Shown: piece after piece, positions 10,495 to 20,606 of the stretch
Layout: each line of letters opens with the position of its first letter
Position numbering within the stretch: position 1 is the stretch's first letter
Source of the DNA: Alphaproteobacteria bacterium
GTDB taxonomy: Bacteria > Pseudomonadota > Alphaproteobacteria > UBA9219
Direction: 5' to 3'
Length of the DNA: 64,000 nucleotides
Assembly (NCBI GenBank): GCA_009779135.1
Contig: WREW01000001.1
Coordinates: 94,233 to 158,232 of the forward strand
Notes under the pieces: generated by a model
Seen by the model: only the letters and a program-made list of their open reading frames with translations
Database searches by the model: none
What the model was told of the DNA's origin: nothing
Program-made: the position numbers and the translations under genes

Positions 10495-10838
10495 GCCTGC
10501 CTTTAGAAGAAAAACGCGCCGATTTGACAGAGCGCATTATCGATGCGCTCCGCACCGTTTATGACCCTGAAATACCGGTTAACATCTATGATCTGGGCCT
10601 GATTTACAGCATAGACTTGCGCGATCTTGATACAGATAAGCCCTCTTTGCATGTGGCTATGACCTTGACGACCGCGCATTGCCCTTTGGCGGGTATGATC
10701 CTGAACATGGTGCATAAAGCCTTAACGGATCATATAGCAGATATTAACGAAATAGATGTAAAGCTTGTCTGGGATCCACCATGGGACTCTTCGCGCATGA
10801 GCGATGAAGCCCGCGACAGTTTAGAGTTTATGTTTTAA
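10491..10838 (+). CDS. sufT: Fe-S assembly protein SufT (DUF59/MIP18 family)
   Basis: 115 aa; LRTVYDPEIPVNIYDLGLIY and TLTTAHCPLAGMI motifs typical of DUF59; terminal gene of the suf operon. Confidence 0.7.
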   Translation: MSLPLEEKRADLTERIIDALRTVYDPEIPVNIYDLGLIYSIDLRDLDTDKPSLHVAMTLTTAHCPLAGMILNMVHKALTDHIADINEIDVKLVWDPPWDSSRMSDEARDSLEFMF

Positions 10839-10849
10839 GGAGCAAAAAC

Positions 10850-13480
10850 ATGGCCAGCACAAAGAAAAAGCCGCAAACCACGGAAGTCCGCCTTGCGGAT
10901 TACAGACCGCCCGTTTTCCTTGTCAAAACGGTTGAGCTTGATTTTGACATCGGCGAAAAAGCGACCAAAGTGTCTTCACGCCTTTTTGTGCAGCGCAATC
11001 CGGCAAGCAAAGAGAAAAAAGCGCCGCTTGTGCTCAATGGCGAAGAGCAGAAGCTTTTAAGCGTGCGCGTCAACGGCATTGCGCTGACGGCGCAGAGCTA
11101 CAAACTTACGGATAAAACCCTCACGCTCGAAGCCGTGCCGGATGAAGCACTGATTGAAATTGAAAGCACGAACAATCCCGATAAAAATACCGCGCTTTCC
11201 GGCCTTTACCGCGCCGGCAAACTTCTTTCAACGCAGTGCGAGTCTCAAGGTTTCCGCCGCATCACCTATTATCCGGATCGCCCCGATGTGCTGGCCAAGT
11301 TTATCGTCACGATTCATGCGGACAAAAAGCAATATCCCGTTCTTCTTGCAAACGGCAATCTTATCAAAAAAGGCACAGAAAAAAATGGCCGCCATTTTGC
11401 GGTGTGGGAAGATCCTTTTGCCAAGCCATGCTATCTTTTTGCGCTTGTGGCCGGCGCGCTTGATAAAGTCAGCGACCATTTCACCACCAAATCAGGGCGC
11501 AAAGTCCTGCTTGAGATTTATGTCGATCCGGGCCGCAAAAGCGAAACAGGCTTTGCCATGAAGGCCATCAAGGACGCCATGGCATGGGATGAAAAAACCT
11601 ACGGCCTTGAATATGATCTGGATCGCTTCATGATTGTGGCCGTCAGCGCGTTTAACTACGGCGCCATGGAAAACAAGGGCCTCAATATTTTTAACGATTC
11701 TTGTGTATTGGGCCGCGCGGACACGGCCACGGACGCCGACATCGCCTTTTTCGAGCGCGTTGTGGGACATGAATATTTCCACAATTACACAGGCGATCGC
11801 GTCACCTGCCGCGATTGGTTTCAGCTGAGTTTGAAAGAAGGCCTCACCGTTTTTCGGGAGCAGGAGTTTTGCGGTGATATGAACGGCCGTGCGCTCGAGC
11901 GGCTTCATGCCGTCTGGGACATACGCACAAGGCAGTTCCCCGAAGATGCGGGCGCGATGGCGCACCCCATCCGTCCGCCGAGCTACCAGCAGATTGATAA
12001 TTTCTACACCTCCACCGTCTATCAAAAAGGCGCGGAAGTGGTGCGCATGATTCAAACCATGATAGGCCGCAAAGCCTTCCGCAAAGGCCTTAGGCTTTAT
12101 TTAAAACGCCATGACGGTCAGGCCGCCACATGTGAAGATTTTGTCGCCGCGATGGCTGAGGCGGGCGGCATCGATCTCGATCAATTTATGCTTTGGTACG
12201 AGCAGGCGGGAACGCCCGTTTTGGATGTAACCTCGCATTACGATGCAAAGAAAAAGGAATATACTTTGCGCGTGAAGCAAAGCTGTCCGCCCACACCCGG
12301 GCAAAAGAAGAAAAAGCCGTTCCACATGCCTTTTTCCGTAGGGCTGTTGGATGAGCGGGGGCGGGACATGAAAGGAACTTTTGTTCTGGATCTGGCCGCG
12401 CAAGAAGATGTATTTGTGTTCATGAATGTAGAAAGCCAGCCTGTCCCGTCACTTTTGCGAGGCTTTTCGGCGCCGGTGCGCTTGAACTATGCTTATACGG
12501 ATGAGCAGCTGCGCCTGATTATGGCCCGCGATACGGACGGGTTTAACCGCTGGGATGCCGCGCAGACCCTGTTCACAAAATATGTGCTGGATCAAATCAC
12601 GCCGCCTGCGGCTTTTATGGAAAGCCTGCGCCATATGCTGCGGGATAAAAACCTTGATGCGGCCACCAAAGCCATGACCTTGACGATTCCGTCCGTGTCT
12701 GAGCTTGGTTTAAGCCAGCTTGCGCGCGGCAAAAAAATCGACCCCATTGCGATTTATAAGCAAAGACGCGCGCTTGCGGAAAATATCGCAACCGCGCTTG
12801 CGGATGATCTATGGGCCATTTATGAGAATATCGAGCGTACGCTTGACGAAAAAGCCAGTGATGGCATTGCGCGCGGCAAACGCAGCTTGAAAAACCTCTG
12901 CCTTGCCTATCTCAATAGAATCGAGCCTGAAACCGTCGCGCCTTTGGCTGTGGCCGCCGTGGCGCGTTCGCGCAATATGACGGACAAAACAGTCGGCCTT
13001 GATCTTCTGGTGGATGCGCATGAAAAACTGGGCAAGTTTTCGCCAAAAGATAAGATGCTTGCGCTGTTTGCCAAAACCTATGAAGGCCAGCCCGCCATTA
13101 TGGATGACTGGCTGCGCGCGCAGGCCGGCGCGCTTAAAGACGATGTTTTGCAGGATGTGCAGAAATTGTTAAAGCATAAAGCCTTCACCTTTAAAAATCC
13201 CAACCGCGTGATGGCTCTAATCGGCGCCTTTATCGGCAACCCTCTGGGTTTTCATGCTACGGATGGGAGCGGCTATATGTTTGCGGCCTCAATGGTCGAA
13301 GTGGTTGATAAAATCAACCCGAACGCCGCCGCGCGTCTGGCCAAGCCCTTTTTGCGCTGGAAAGATTTTGATCCCAAGCGCCAGAAGCTGATGAAGGCTG
13401 CCCTGAAAAAAATCGCCGCTTTGCCCAAGCTTTCAAACAATGTCAAAGAGATTGTAACAAAGGCGCTGGCAAGCAAATAA
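10850..13480 (+). CDS. pepN: aminopeptidase N (M1 family)
   Basis: 876 aa; GAMEN motif and HEYFHNYTGDRVTCRDWFQLSLKEG zinc-binding HExxH...E region. Confidence 0.9.
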   Translation: MASTKKKPQTTEVRLADYRPPVFLVKTVELDFDIGEKATKVSSRLFVQRNPASKEKKAPLVLNGEEQKLLSVRVNGIALTAQSYKLTDKTLTLEAVPDEALIEIESTNNPDKNTALSGLYRAGKLLSTQCESQGFRRITYYPDRPDVLAKFIVTIHADKKQYPVLLANGNLIKKGTEKNGRHFAVWEDPFAKPCYLFALVAGALDKVSDHFTTKSGRKVLLEIYVDPGRKSETGFAMKAIKDAMAWDEKTYGLEYDLDRFMIVAVSAFNYGAMENKGLNIFNDSCVLGRADTATDADIAFFERVVGHEYFHNYTGDRVTCRDWFQLSLKEGLTVFREQEFCGDMNGRALERLHAVWDIRTRQFPEDAGAMAHPIRPPSYQQIDNFYTSTVYQKGAEVVRMIQTMIGRKAFRKGLRLYLKRHDGQAATCEDFVAAMAEAGGIDLDQFMLWYEQAGTPVLDVTSHYDAKKKEYTLRVKQSCPPTPGQKKKKPFHMPFSVGLLDERGRDMKGTFVLDLAAQEDVFVFMNVESQPVPSLLRGFSAPVRLNYAYTDEQLRLIMARDTDGFNRWDAAQTLFTKYVLDQITPPAAFMESLRHMLRDKNLDAATKAMTLTIPSVSELGLSQLARGKKIDPIAIYKQRRALAENIATALADDLWAIYENIERTLDEKASDGIARGKRSLKNLCLAYLNRIEPETVAPLAVAAVARSRNMTDKTVGLDLLVDAHEKLGKFSPKDKMLALFAKTYEGQPAIMDDWLRAQAGALKDDVLQDVQKLLKHKAFTFKNPNRVMALIGAFIGNPLGFHATDGSGYMFAASMVEVVDKINPNAAARLAKPFLRWKDFDPKRQKLMKAALKKIAALPKLSNNVKEIVTKALASK

Positions 13481-13484
13481 AGCC

Positions 13485-14129
13485 CTATCCTTCGTTATAA
13501 AAAACGGACGCTGTGCTTTGCGTTGGCGCCGCCGCATGATCCCATACAAAATCGAACATGTTTTTTTGTGCTTGGGCAATAGGCGCGTTGCGCACAATAA
13601 TGGCCGTGTCCGAAAGAAGCGTAGCGATTTTATCGCCATAGATCAGAATGCTGTTATGATGCCAATAAGGCGCAGGCAAAAAGCGATAGTCTTTAAGATC
13701 GCCCCTCAGATAAAAATCACCTTCTTTGATTAAGGAGCGCATGGCAATACCCGCACCACGCAACCGCCTGATATTTTCGATCACGACAGAAGACATGACC
13801 GATTCATCAACGCAGGAAAAAAGAACCTCGGGATGGGGCTGATCTTTAAGCTCGGCAATCACATCATCCAAAAGGCGGAAAAAGATATGATCGCCATGCA
13901 GCGTCACAATTTGATCGTCACGAAAGGCCACGCCGCGCTGGCCGATAAACTCAATACCGGCGCGGGCAAAAACGCGGGTGATTTTTTCAAGCGTTTCGGT
14001 CTTGGGGATTGATTCGCCGCGCTCGATATTCTGGATGGAAACGCGGCTAAGGCCCACGCGCTGGGCCAGCTCCTGAGCATCCCAGCGGGCAAGGATACGG
14101 GCGGCGCGGATTTGTTGACCTGATGGCAT
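13485..14129 (-). CDS. XRE-family HTH transcriptional regulator with an uncharacterised C-terminal domain
   Basis: Start taken at MPSGQQIRAARILARWDAQELAQRVGLSRVSIQNIERGES (Cro/C1-type HTH); ~215 aa. Confidence 0.6.
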   Translation of the reverse strand: MPSGQQIRAARILARWDAQELAQRVGLSRVSIQNIERGESIPKTETLEKITRVFARAGIEFIGQRGVAFRDDQIVTLHGDHIFFRLLDDVIAELKDQPHPEVLFSCVDESVMSSVVIENIRRLRGAGIAMRSLIKEGDFYLRGDLKDYRFLPAPYWHHNSILIYGDKIATLLSDTAIIVRNAPIAQAQKNMFDFVWDHAAAPTQSTASVFYNEG

Positions 14130-14376
14130 AGGCCTGTCTCCATGATAAGCGTCACTTATCATAATGTCAGACAAATATGCCTGTCAAACAAAGTTACACT
14201 ACCAAAAATAGGTAAGAATAGACCAAAAAAAGGTAGGGATTGCGGCAATTTCAAGGATTTCGAGGGATTCTTCTTAAAAACCGCGTTTTTGAACCTATCA
14301 AAATGAAAAAGAAAAATTGCTTTCATCCCATAAATTTGTTACGATATAAAAATAACGACTTAGGGAAAAACAAGCC

Positions 14377-14727
14377 ATGGACGACACAAAGCACCCCTTT
14401 AAAGAGCCCGCCTTCAATGATCTTTTGGAGGAGACTTTAACGCAAGCCAGCACCGGCCTTACAGCCGGCGAGATGCGGCTTTTAGTCTCGGGCGTTTCGG
14501 CCCTGCGCGGCGCGCCGACGCAAAAAACTCTCGGCACCATTGAATCCAATGCCTTACGCGCTCTGATGGATTATGTGGCCTACACGCAAAAGGCGGACAA
14601 AGAAGTCGTCCGCGCCCTTTTCCTGACCAAGTTTAACATCCAAACCCCCGAGCATCTCCCCACCGACCGCTACGACACAGCCGTAAACTTCCTGGTGGAT
14701 TTGCAGGTTTACAAGCATTTGAATTAA
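14377..14727 (+). CDS. hypothetical protein
   Basis: 116 aa ORF in a lower-GC segment; no recognisable motif. Confidence 0.3.
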   Translation: MDDTKHPFKEPAFNDLLEETLTQASTGLTAGEMRLLVSGVSALRGAPTQKTLGTIESNALRALMDYVAYTQKADKEVVRALFLTKFNIQTPEHLPTDRYDTAVNFLVDLQVYKHLN

Positions 14728-15045
14728 ACAATTCCGTTGAAAACATTAGGTTTAGTTAGCATTCCTTGACTTTCTGGGGGCGGGCTGGCAAGGTTAAGGA
14801 AAGGAGGGCGAGGCTATGGGTATTACGGAAGCATTTGTGTTTAGCGCAGCAATCCTAGGTGTTGGAAAGGTGTTGAAAGATGCCTACACCGAGTTTGTTG
14901 ATGGAAAAGAAGAAGTAGAGCGTCGCCGGGAAGCTGAAAAAAGGCATCAAGCCCGCTTACAAAGATGGGGCCGCTCACGCTCAGCGATGACTCAAAGCCA
15001 AAAACCCCCTTCGCCAGTTTAACATATAGGCTTATTTCTTACCAC

Positions 15046-15732
15046 TTAAAGACCAAGGCCATTGTCCTGTTTATTTCTTTTAGAAAAAATCCTTTCTATT
15101 TTCTTTTTCGTGTACTCTTTTATTTTAGCATAGTGAGATGAAAAGAAAGCGTGAGTGTTTTTAATCTTCAATTTTTCTAATGCCCTATCACGAAGTGCTT
15201 TCCTACTGTCTTTTGTCGTATAAAATGCTGCTGATGTCGCTATGGCAACTTGGAGTGTTTTTATTACAATATTATCCGCTCCAGCATTACCCCCTACAGT
15301 CTCAGGGAACCAATATTTTAAAGCCTCACCCGCAGCAGCTGGCAGGACAAAAATCCCACCGAGAAGTTCCAAGTACTTGAAACGCCCCTTATTCTCCAGA
15401 TATTCTCGCCGTTTCGTTACCTCTTCTTTGGCTTTCAAAAAAGCATCTTCTATGGATGTTATTTCTTGCTTGTATAAAACATATTGCGGACTTCCTTTTG
15501 GAAGTTGCTCATGAATAGCTCTTTGTATAGAAGGCGCGGGCTTTAATTCTTCAATGATCCTTTGTTCAAAATCAACGGGTTTCTTAAAAGAATACTTGCC
15601 TTCACGAAAGGGCAACATTTCTTCTTTTATCTTCAAAAGACTTTCTTGTGACTCTTCCATCGCCAAATCTATATCGAGCGATTTCGGATCAATTCCGTTT
15701 GTTTCGATTCCCTGTTGCATTTTGTACCCCAT
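15046..15732 (-). CDS. hypothetical protein (low-GC, likely horizontally acquired)
   Basis: 228 aa Lys/Glu-rich ORF in a conspicuously AT-rich stretch (14.2-15.9 kb); no known family recognised. Confidence 0.4.
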   Translation of the reverse strand: MGYKMQQGIETNGIDPKSLDIDLAMEESQESLLKIKEEMLPFREGKYSFKKPVDFEQRIIEELKPAPSIQRAIHEQLPKGSPQYVLYKQEITSIEDAFLKAKEEVTKRREYLENKGRFKYLELLGGIFVLPAAAGEALKYWFPETVGGNAGADNIVIKTLQVAIATSAAFYTTKDSRKALRDRALEKLKIKNTHAFFSSHYAKIKEYTKKKIERIFSKRNKQDNGLGL

Positions 15733-15933
15733 AAAATATTGAAACTATTTGTCTCAAGAGGCTTATTATGTCACAAAATTGGGGGTCATTTCAATTTTTC
15801 TATTACTTTCAATAGGTTAACAGAAGATTAACGCGATAAACAGCGGTTAACCTAGGGTCGTTTCGTTTCTGTTCAGAAACAATCGCTTGCCGTTCTTTTA
15901 TTCAACAGCCTTTAACTTATGACAGTTTTTTTG

Positions 15934-16671
15934 TTAAGGCATCTGCGGCAGCCGATCCTGCCGCGTCAGGGCCGTTGTGACTTCCATCGCTTTTTCCGGC
16001 GACATTTCGGCTAAAATAGGGGCGCTGCGGGCGGGTTTCATGCGTTTGACGACGCCGAGCAGGACATGCATATCCAAAGCTTCAAAAATGCGCGCCGCTT
16101 CTTTGGGTTTCATAATCTCGTAAATCTTCACAAGTGAATCGATTTGTGCCGCCTGCGCCGCGTCCGCCTGATTCAAAAGTGTTTGAAGCTGCGCGCGCAG
16201 CGTTTCCATTTCCTTGAGCTTTTGATCGACACGTTTTTCAGCCACTTCAAGCAAAGCCAGACGTTTGGCAAGCTCGCCTTCACGCTTGTCAAGTTCCTCG
16301 CGCCGCCCGCTAAGCTGTTTATAAAGATCGCTGTCCGGTGAAAGGGTCACCGGCGCGCTATAGCGCGGCTGGGGCGCAGGGGCAGGAGCGGCTTGAGGCG
16401 GCGCAGCTTCGGGCGTTGGCTGCGGTTGGGGCGCGGGTTCCGCCGTTGCCGCCTCTGGCTGAGGCTGCGTTTGCGGCGTTTCATCCGCCGCCTGTGAGAT
16501 TTTGACCGCGTGAAAAGGCTTGCCCGTTGTCATACTGTACCAGACATCGCCCAGACGCACACCCACCATCAAAACAGCCGTAAAAATCATGGCGGAGAGA
16601 AAGAACTTGGGCCGGTGCAGCAAAGTCAACATAGGCAAAGCATTTCCTTTATCCCTGCTTGGCCAGCGCAA
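15934..16671 (-). CDS. MotE-like flagellar protein (N-terminal TM, Pro-rich linker, coiled coil, MgtE-N-like C-terminus)
   Basis: Architecture and C-terminal IYEIMKPKEAARIFEALDMHVLLGVVKRMKPARSAPILAEM resemble alphaproteobacterial MotE; lies in the flagellar block. Confidence 0.45.
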   Translation of the reverse strand: MRWPSRDKGNALPMLTLLHRPKFFLSAMIFTAVLMVGVRLGDVWYSMTTGKPFHAVKISQAADETPQTQPQPEAATAEPAPQPQPTPEAAPPQAAPAPAPQPRYSAPVTLSPDSDLYKQLSGRREELDKREGELAKRLALLEVAEKRVDQKLKEMETLRAQLQTLLNQADAAQAAQIDSLVKIYEIMKPKEAARIFEALDMHVLLGVVKRMKPARSAPILAEMSPEKAMEVTTALTRQDRLPQMP

Positions 16672-17134
16672 CCATCAAATCACGCTCGGCTGTTGAAGCA
16701 AAATGGCGGTCTTCGGATAAGGGCGGCGCGCCCGCCATCGCGCGGATTTCTTCAAGCACGGCTTGGGCTTTGCGCATATGCTCCTGCTCCGCCGACAAAG
16801 GCGCTTCGGCCTCAACCACAGAAGGCCTTGAGGCCAGACGGTTGGCGATTTGATCCGCGCTCTGCGACAAAAGTTGAAGCTCATCTTTCAGCGCATGCCC
16901 GCGATCAATCAGCTCTTCAAGATCATCACCGCATGCGCGGGCCGTGCTTTTCATGGTCTGAATGCCTTTTTCGATGCGCGCAATGGTCACGTTAAAGTCA
17001 AGGACAAAACGCTCCATATCCGCGCGCGACTCCCGCATAAGCGCAAGCTGCCGACTAAGCCGCATGGCATAACGCACACCCGCAATCAGAAAGCCGATCA
17101 AAACAACATCAAGCAAAATCGTGATAATGGACAT
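16649..17134 (-). CDS. flagellar-cluster membrane protein of unknown function
   Basis: 161 aa; single N-terminal TM then coiled coil; directly upstream of fliM/fliL on the same strand with a 4-bp overlap. Confidence 0.4.
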   Translation of the reverse strand: MSIITILLDVVLIGFLIAGVRYAMRLSRQLALMRESRADMERFVLDFNVTIARIEKGIQTMKSTARACGDDLEELIDRGHALKDELQLLSQSADQIANRLASRPSVVEAEAPLSAEQEHMRKAQAVLEEIRAMAGAPPLSEDRHFASTAERDLMVALAKQG

Positions 17135-17182
17135 GATTTTATACTCCTTTGAAAGACAGTGTGACGTTCAGGCGCCTCAGCG

Positions 17183-18247
17183 TCAAGCTTTTGACGGATC
17201 GTGAATATCAACCTCATCCACCCGCACGGCGATCTTGTTGTTCAAAGACCCCATACTGCCCTTAAAAAGGGAAACATCCCCCGCGCGCAGCGTGACAAGA
17301 TCCTGAGGCTTGACATTAAGCATCAGGCGCGAGCCGACCTTCCAGCTCATCACATCCCCCAAAGGAAGCCGCACCTCGTCCAAAACGGCTTCCATATGCA
17401 TGCTGGTCATCAAAAGCTCGTTACCCAGATGCGTCTCCCAGATACTGTCGCGGCCAAACTTTTCGCCCATAAACATTTGAAGAAGAATCTCGCGCACAGG
17501 CTCTAATGTGGCATAAGGGATTAAAATCTCAATCCGCCCGCCGCGATCTTCCATATCAATGCGCAGCTTGGCCAAAACGGCGGCGTTGGCGGGCCTTGCA
17601 ATAGTGGCAAAGCGCGGGTTGGTTTCAAGCCGATCAAAGCGGAACGTCACCGGCGAAAGCGGATCAAAAGCGCCCGAAACATCGGCCAGAATGACGCGCA
17701 CCAGACGCTCGACCAGATTGCGCTCGATCGTGGTATAAGGCCGTCCTTCAATACGCATCGCGGCCGTGCCGCGCCGGCCACCCAAAAGCACATCGACAAT
17801 GGAATAAATCATGGCGCTGTCGATGGTCATCAGGGCAGAATTATCCCACTCCTCCGCCTTGAACACCGCAAGCATGGCAGGAAGAGGAATCGAGTTCAAA
17901 TAATCCCCAAACCGCACCGATGTAATTTGATCCAGACTCACCTCGACATTGTCCGAGGTGAAATTGCGCAGGCTTGTGGACATCATCCGCACCAGCCGGT
18001 CGAACACGACCTCCAGCATAGGCAGACGTTCATAATTGACCAGAGCGCTGTTAATCAGCGCCATAATGCCCGACGTTTCCTGCGATGGCCCACTGCCGCC
18101 GAAACCTAAAAGCGAGTCGATTTCATTCTGACTTAGAACGCGGGCAACGCCGCCTTCCATATCATCGCCGCCTTCGGCCATAGCAGCCCATTCGGCGGCT
18201 TGGCGCTCCTCTTCGGACATTTCATCGGTCTTGGTCTCGTCAGTCAT
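17183..18247 (-). CDS. fliM: flagellar motor switch protein FliM
   Basis: 354 aa; acidic N-terminus with LSQNEIDSLLGF (CheY-P binding motif); FliM middle domain; abuts fliL. Confidence 0.9.
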   Translation of the reverse strand: MTDETKTDEMSEEERQAAEWAAMAEGGDDMEGGVARVLSQNEIDSLLGFGGSGPSQETSGIMALINSALVNYERLPMLEVVFDRLVRMMSTSLRNFTSDNVEVSLDQITSVRFGDYLNSIPLPAMLAVFKAEEWDNSALMTIDSAMIYSIVDVLLGGRRGTAAMRIEGRPYTTIERNLVERLVRVILADVSGAFDPLSPVTFRFDRLETNPRFATIARPANAAVLAKLRIDMEDRGGRIEILIPYATLEPVREILLQMFMGEKFGRDSIWETHLGNELLMTSMHMEAVLDEVRLPLGDVMSWKVGSRLMLNVKPQDLVTLRAGDVSLFKGSMGSLNNKIAVRVDEVDIHDPSKA

Positions 18248-18807
18248 TATTGAACAAGAATCTCCTGAAAGAGAACATCACGCACGGAAAGCGGCGCGAC
18301 AGCTTCATTGACGCGCGCAAGAAGCTCCTCACGCAAACGGTAAAGTCCGGCAGAGCCGCGAAGATCCTCAACGCGAAGCTCCCGCAGATAGCCTTGGAAA
18401 TAATCTATAATTCTCGGCTTGAGCGTATCAAGCGTGGCCGTGTCTTTGGCATCGTTAAGTTCAAGCGCAATGCGCACTTTAAGAAAGCTTGGCCGCTTGC
18501 CGTCGCCGCTCAGATTAACAAGAATATCGCCAAGCGCATAAAAAACCGGCGCGCCGCTCTTGATCGGGACAGCGGGTGCCGCAAGACTTCTTTCATCTTC
18601 CGATTCAACCCCTTCCGCTTGGGGCTGCGGCGTACCGTGCAAGGCAAAAAAAGTACCCGCGCCGCCGATCAGCAAAAGAGCAATAAGCCCGCCGACAGCC
18701 ATCAGCAGCTTGGTCTTTTTTTTCTTCTTTTGAGCAGCCTGAGCGGCCAAAGCGGCTTCGGCGGTTTCGTCCGTTTCCTTTTCTTCGTCAAGATCGTCCT
18801 GAGCCAC
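18247..18807 (-). CDS. fliL: flagellar basal body-associated protein FliL
   Basis: GTG start preceded by AAGGAG; single TM LLMAVGGLIALLLIGGAG; C-terminal YLRELRVEDLRGSAGLYRLREELLARVN FliL signature. The ORF-track N-terminal extension to 19017 is not supported. Confidence 0.8.
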   Translation of the reverse strand: MAQDDLDEEKETDETAEAALAAQAAQKKKKKTKLLMAVGGLIALLLIGGAGTFFALHGTPQPQAEGVESEDERSLAAPAVPIKSGAPVFYALGDILVNLSGDGKRPSFLKVRIALELNDAKDTATLDTLKPRIIDYFQGYLRELRVEDLRGSAGLYRLREELLARVNEAVAPLSVRDVLFQEILVQ

Positions 18808-19040
18808 TGGGTTGCTCCTTGTCAAAAGCGCAAAAACCGTCCGCATTATTATACAGATGCCTTTATGGTTAACAAGCCTTTCCTCGTAGCCCGAAAAAAG
18901 ACTTTGCGGCATTTTCTTCCGCGCAGCTCCGGCCCCACCGGAGTCAAAAAAGAAGTAATACATTGAAATAAAAAGAAAACAATTTTGGCACGCCTTATGC
19001 ATGGAAGGAGGTGACAACCACCAACGTCAAAGGGACGCGC

Positions 19041-19781
19041 ATGCAAGGGGCAGGACTTATTCTCACATCCTACGTTCAGTCTTTGGAACGTGTGATGGAT
19101 ATCACAGCCAACAACGTGGCCAATATGACGACCACGGGGTTCAAGCGGCACGGCATTGCGTTTGACACCTACATCATCCAGCCGGCGCGGCAAAGCGAGT
19201 TTCAGTTTGCGGTGGAAAACGGAACCTACCGCGACATCCAGCAAGGTCCCACCGTGATGACGGGCAATCCTTTGGACGTATCGATTCAGGGCGAAGGCTA
19301 TTTCCCCGTTCAAACATCGCAAGGCATTCGTTATACGCGGGCGGGCAGTTTTATGCTCAATGGCGAAGGCGAGCTTGTCACCCCTCAGGGCTATCAGGTT
19401 CTTGGCGATGGCGGCGCGGCGATTGCGGTGCCCGAAGATGCGCGGGACATCACCATTGCCTCGGATGGAACAGTGTCCGCCGCGATCGGCCCTGAAGCCA
19501 ATATGCAGGAGCTTGGCCGCCTGCGCGTGATGGGCTTTGTGGCGGATCAGGCCTTGATGCATGTCGGCGACAATCTCTACATGGCCAATGAAGAGCCGGA
19601 AGCCGTGGAAGGCAGCCGCATGGTGCAAGGCGGGATTGAGCAGTCCAATGTTCAGGGCGTCGTGGAAATGTCGCGCATGATGGAAGTGACGCGCACCTAT
19701 CAAACCATCGTGCATCTTTTGGAACTTGAAAACGAACGTCAACGCACGGCCATCAGCCGTCTTGGCAGCACAACAGCGTAA
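19041..19781 (+). CDS. flgF: flagellar basal-body rod protein FlgF
   Basis: ITANNVANMTTTGFKRH rod-protein N-terminal motif and C-terminal MMEVTRTYQ; start position uncertain (ATG 19041 versus upstream GTG 19011). Confidence 0.85.
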   Translation: MQGAGLILTSYVQSLERVMDITANNVANMTTTGFKRHGIAFDTYIIQPARQSEFQFAVENGTYRDIQQGPTVMTGNPLDVSIQGEGYFPVQTSQGIRYTRAGSFMLNGEGELVTPQGYQVLGDGGAAIAVPEDARDITIASDGTVSAAIGPEANMQELGRLRVMGFVADQALMHVGDNLYMANEEPEAVEGSRMVQGGIEQSNVQGVVEMSRMMEVTRTYQTIVHLLELENERQRTAISRLGSTTA

Positions 19782-19796
19782 AAGGAGTAAAAACCC

Positions 19797-20582
19797 ATGA
19801 GAACAATGTATATCGGCACCACAGGCATGCAGGCGCAGCAGCTTAATGTTGAGGTCATCGCCAACAATATCGCCAACATCTCGACAACGGGCTTTAAGCG
19901 CTCGCGGGCGGAGTTTCAGGATCTGCTCTATGACAATATCCGCCGCGTCGGCTCGCCCACATCGGATACGGGAACGCTTTTGCCCTCAGGCCTTCAGGTG
20001 GGCATGGGCGTCAAACCTGTTGCGACCTATCGCATTCACGAAAACGGCGTCATCAATATCACCGAAGGCACTTATGACGTGGCCATCAACGGGCGCGGCT
20101 TTCTCCAGATTCAAATGCCGGACGGCACCATAAACTATACACGCGACGGCTCGCTGCAGACCAATGAAAACGGTGAAATTGTCACGCAGGACGGATTTTT
20201 GCTCTCCCCGAACATCTCTGTGCCTGAAGATGCGATGGAAGTCATCATCAGCCGCTCGGGCGAGGTTTTGGCGCGCATTGACGGGCAAACCGCGCTTCAA
20301 TCTCTGGGGCAGATACAGCTTGCGGCTTTTATCAATCCTTCGGGGCTTGAAGCCATCGGCGACAATCTGTTCCGCGAAACCGAAGCCTCCGGCACGCCCA
20401 TCACGGGCGATCCGCAGTCGGACGGCTTTGGCTATTTGATGCAGGGCGCGCTGGAATCATCCAACGTGAATGTGGTTGCGGAAATCACGACATTGATAAC
20501 GGCGCAGCGCGCTTATGAAATGAATGCGCGCGTGATTACAGCCGGCGATGAAATGATGACCACAATCAGCCAGATGCGTTAA
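19797..20582 (+). CDS. flgG: flagellar basal-body rod protein FlgG
   Basis: MRTMYIGTTGMQAQQLNVEVIANNIANISTTGFKRS ... ITAQRAYEMNARVI; 261 aa. Confidence 0.9.
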   Translation: MRTMYIGTTGMQAQQLNVEVIANNIANISTTGFKRSRAEFQDLLYDNIRRVGSPTSDTGTLLPSGLQVGMGVKPVATYRIHENGVINITEGTYDVAINGRGFLQIQMPDGTINYTRDGSLQTNENGEIVTQDGFLLSPNISVPEDAMEVIISRSGEVLARIDGQTALQSLGQIQLAAFINPSGLEAIGDNLFRETEASGTPITGDPQSDGFGYLMQGALESSNVNVVAEITTLITAQRAYEMNARVITAGDEMMTTISQMR

Positions 20583-20606
20583 GCCGGTGAAAAGGAGTAA
20601 AAACGC

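Noticed and set aside
18250-19742. Long antisense ORFs (18250..18966 +, 18849..19742 -) overlapping fliL and flgF
   Set aside because: The opposite-strand genes have clear flagellar signatures. These frames lack RBSs and have aberrant composition.
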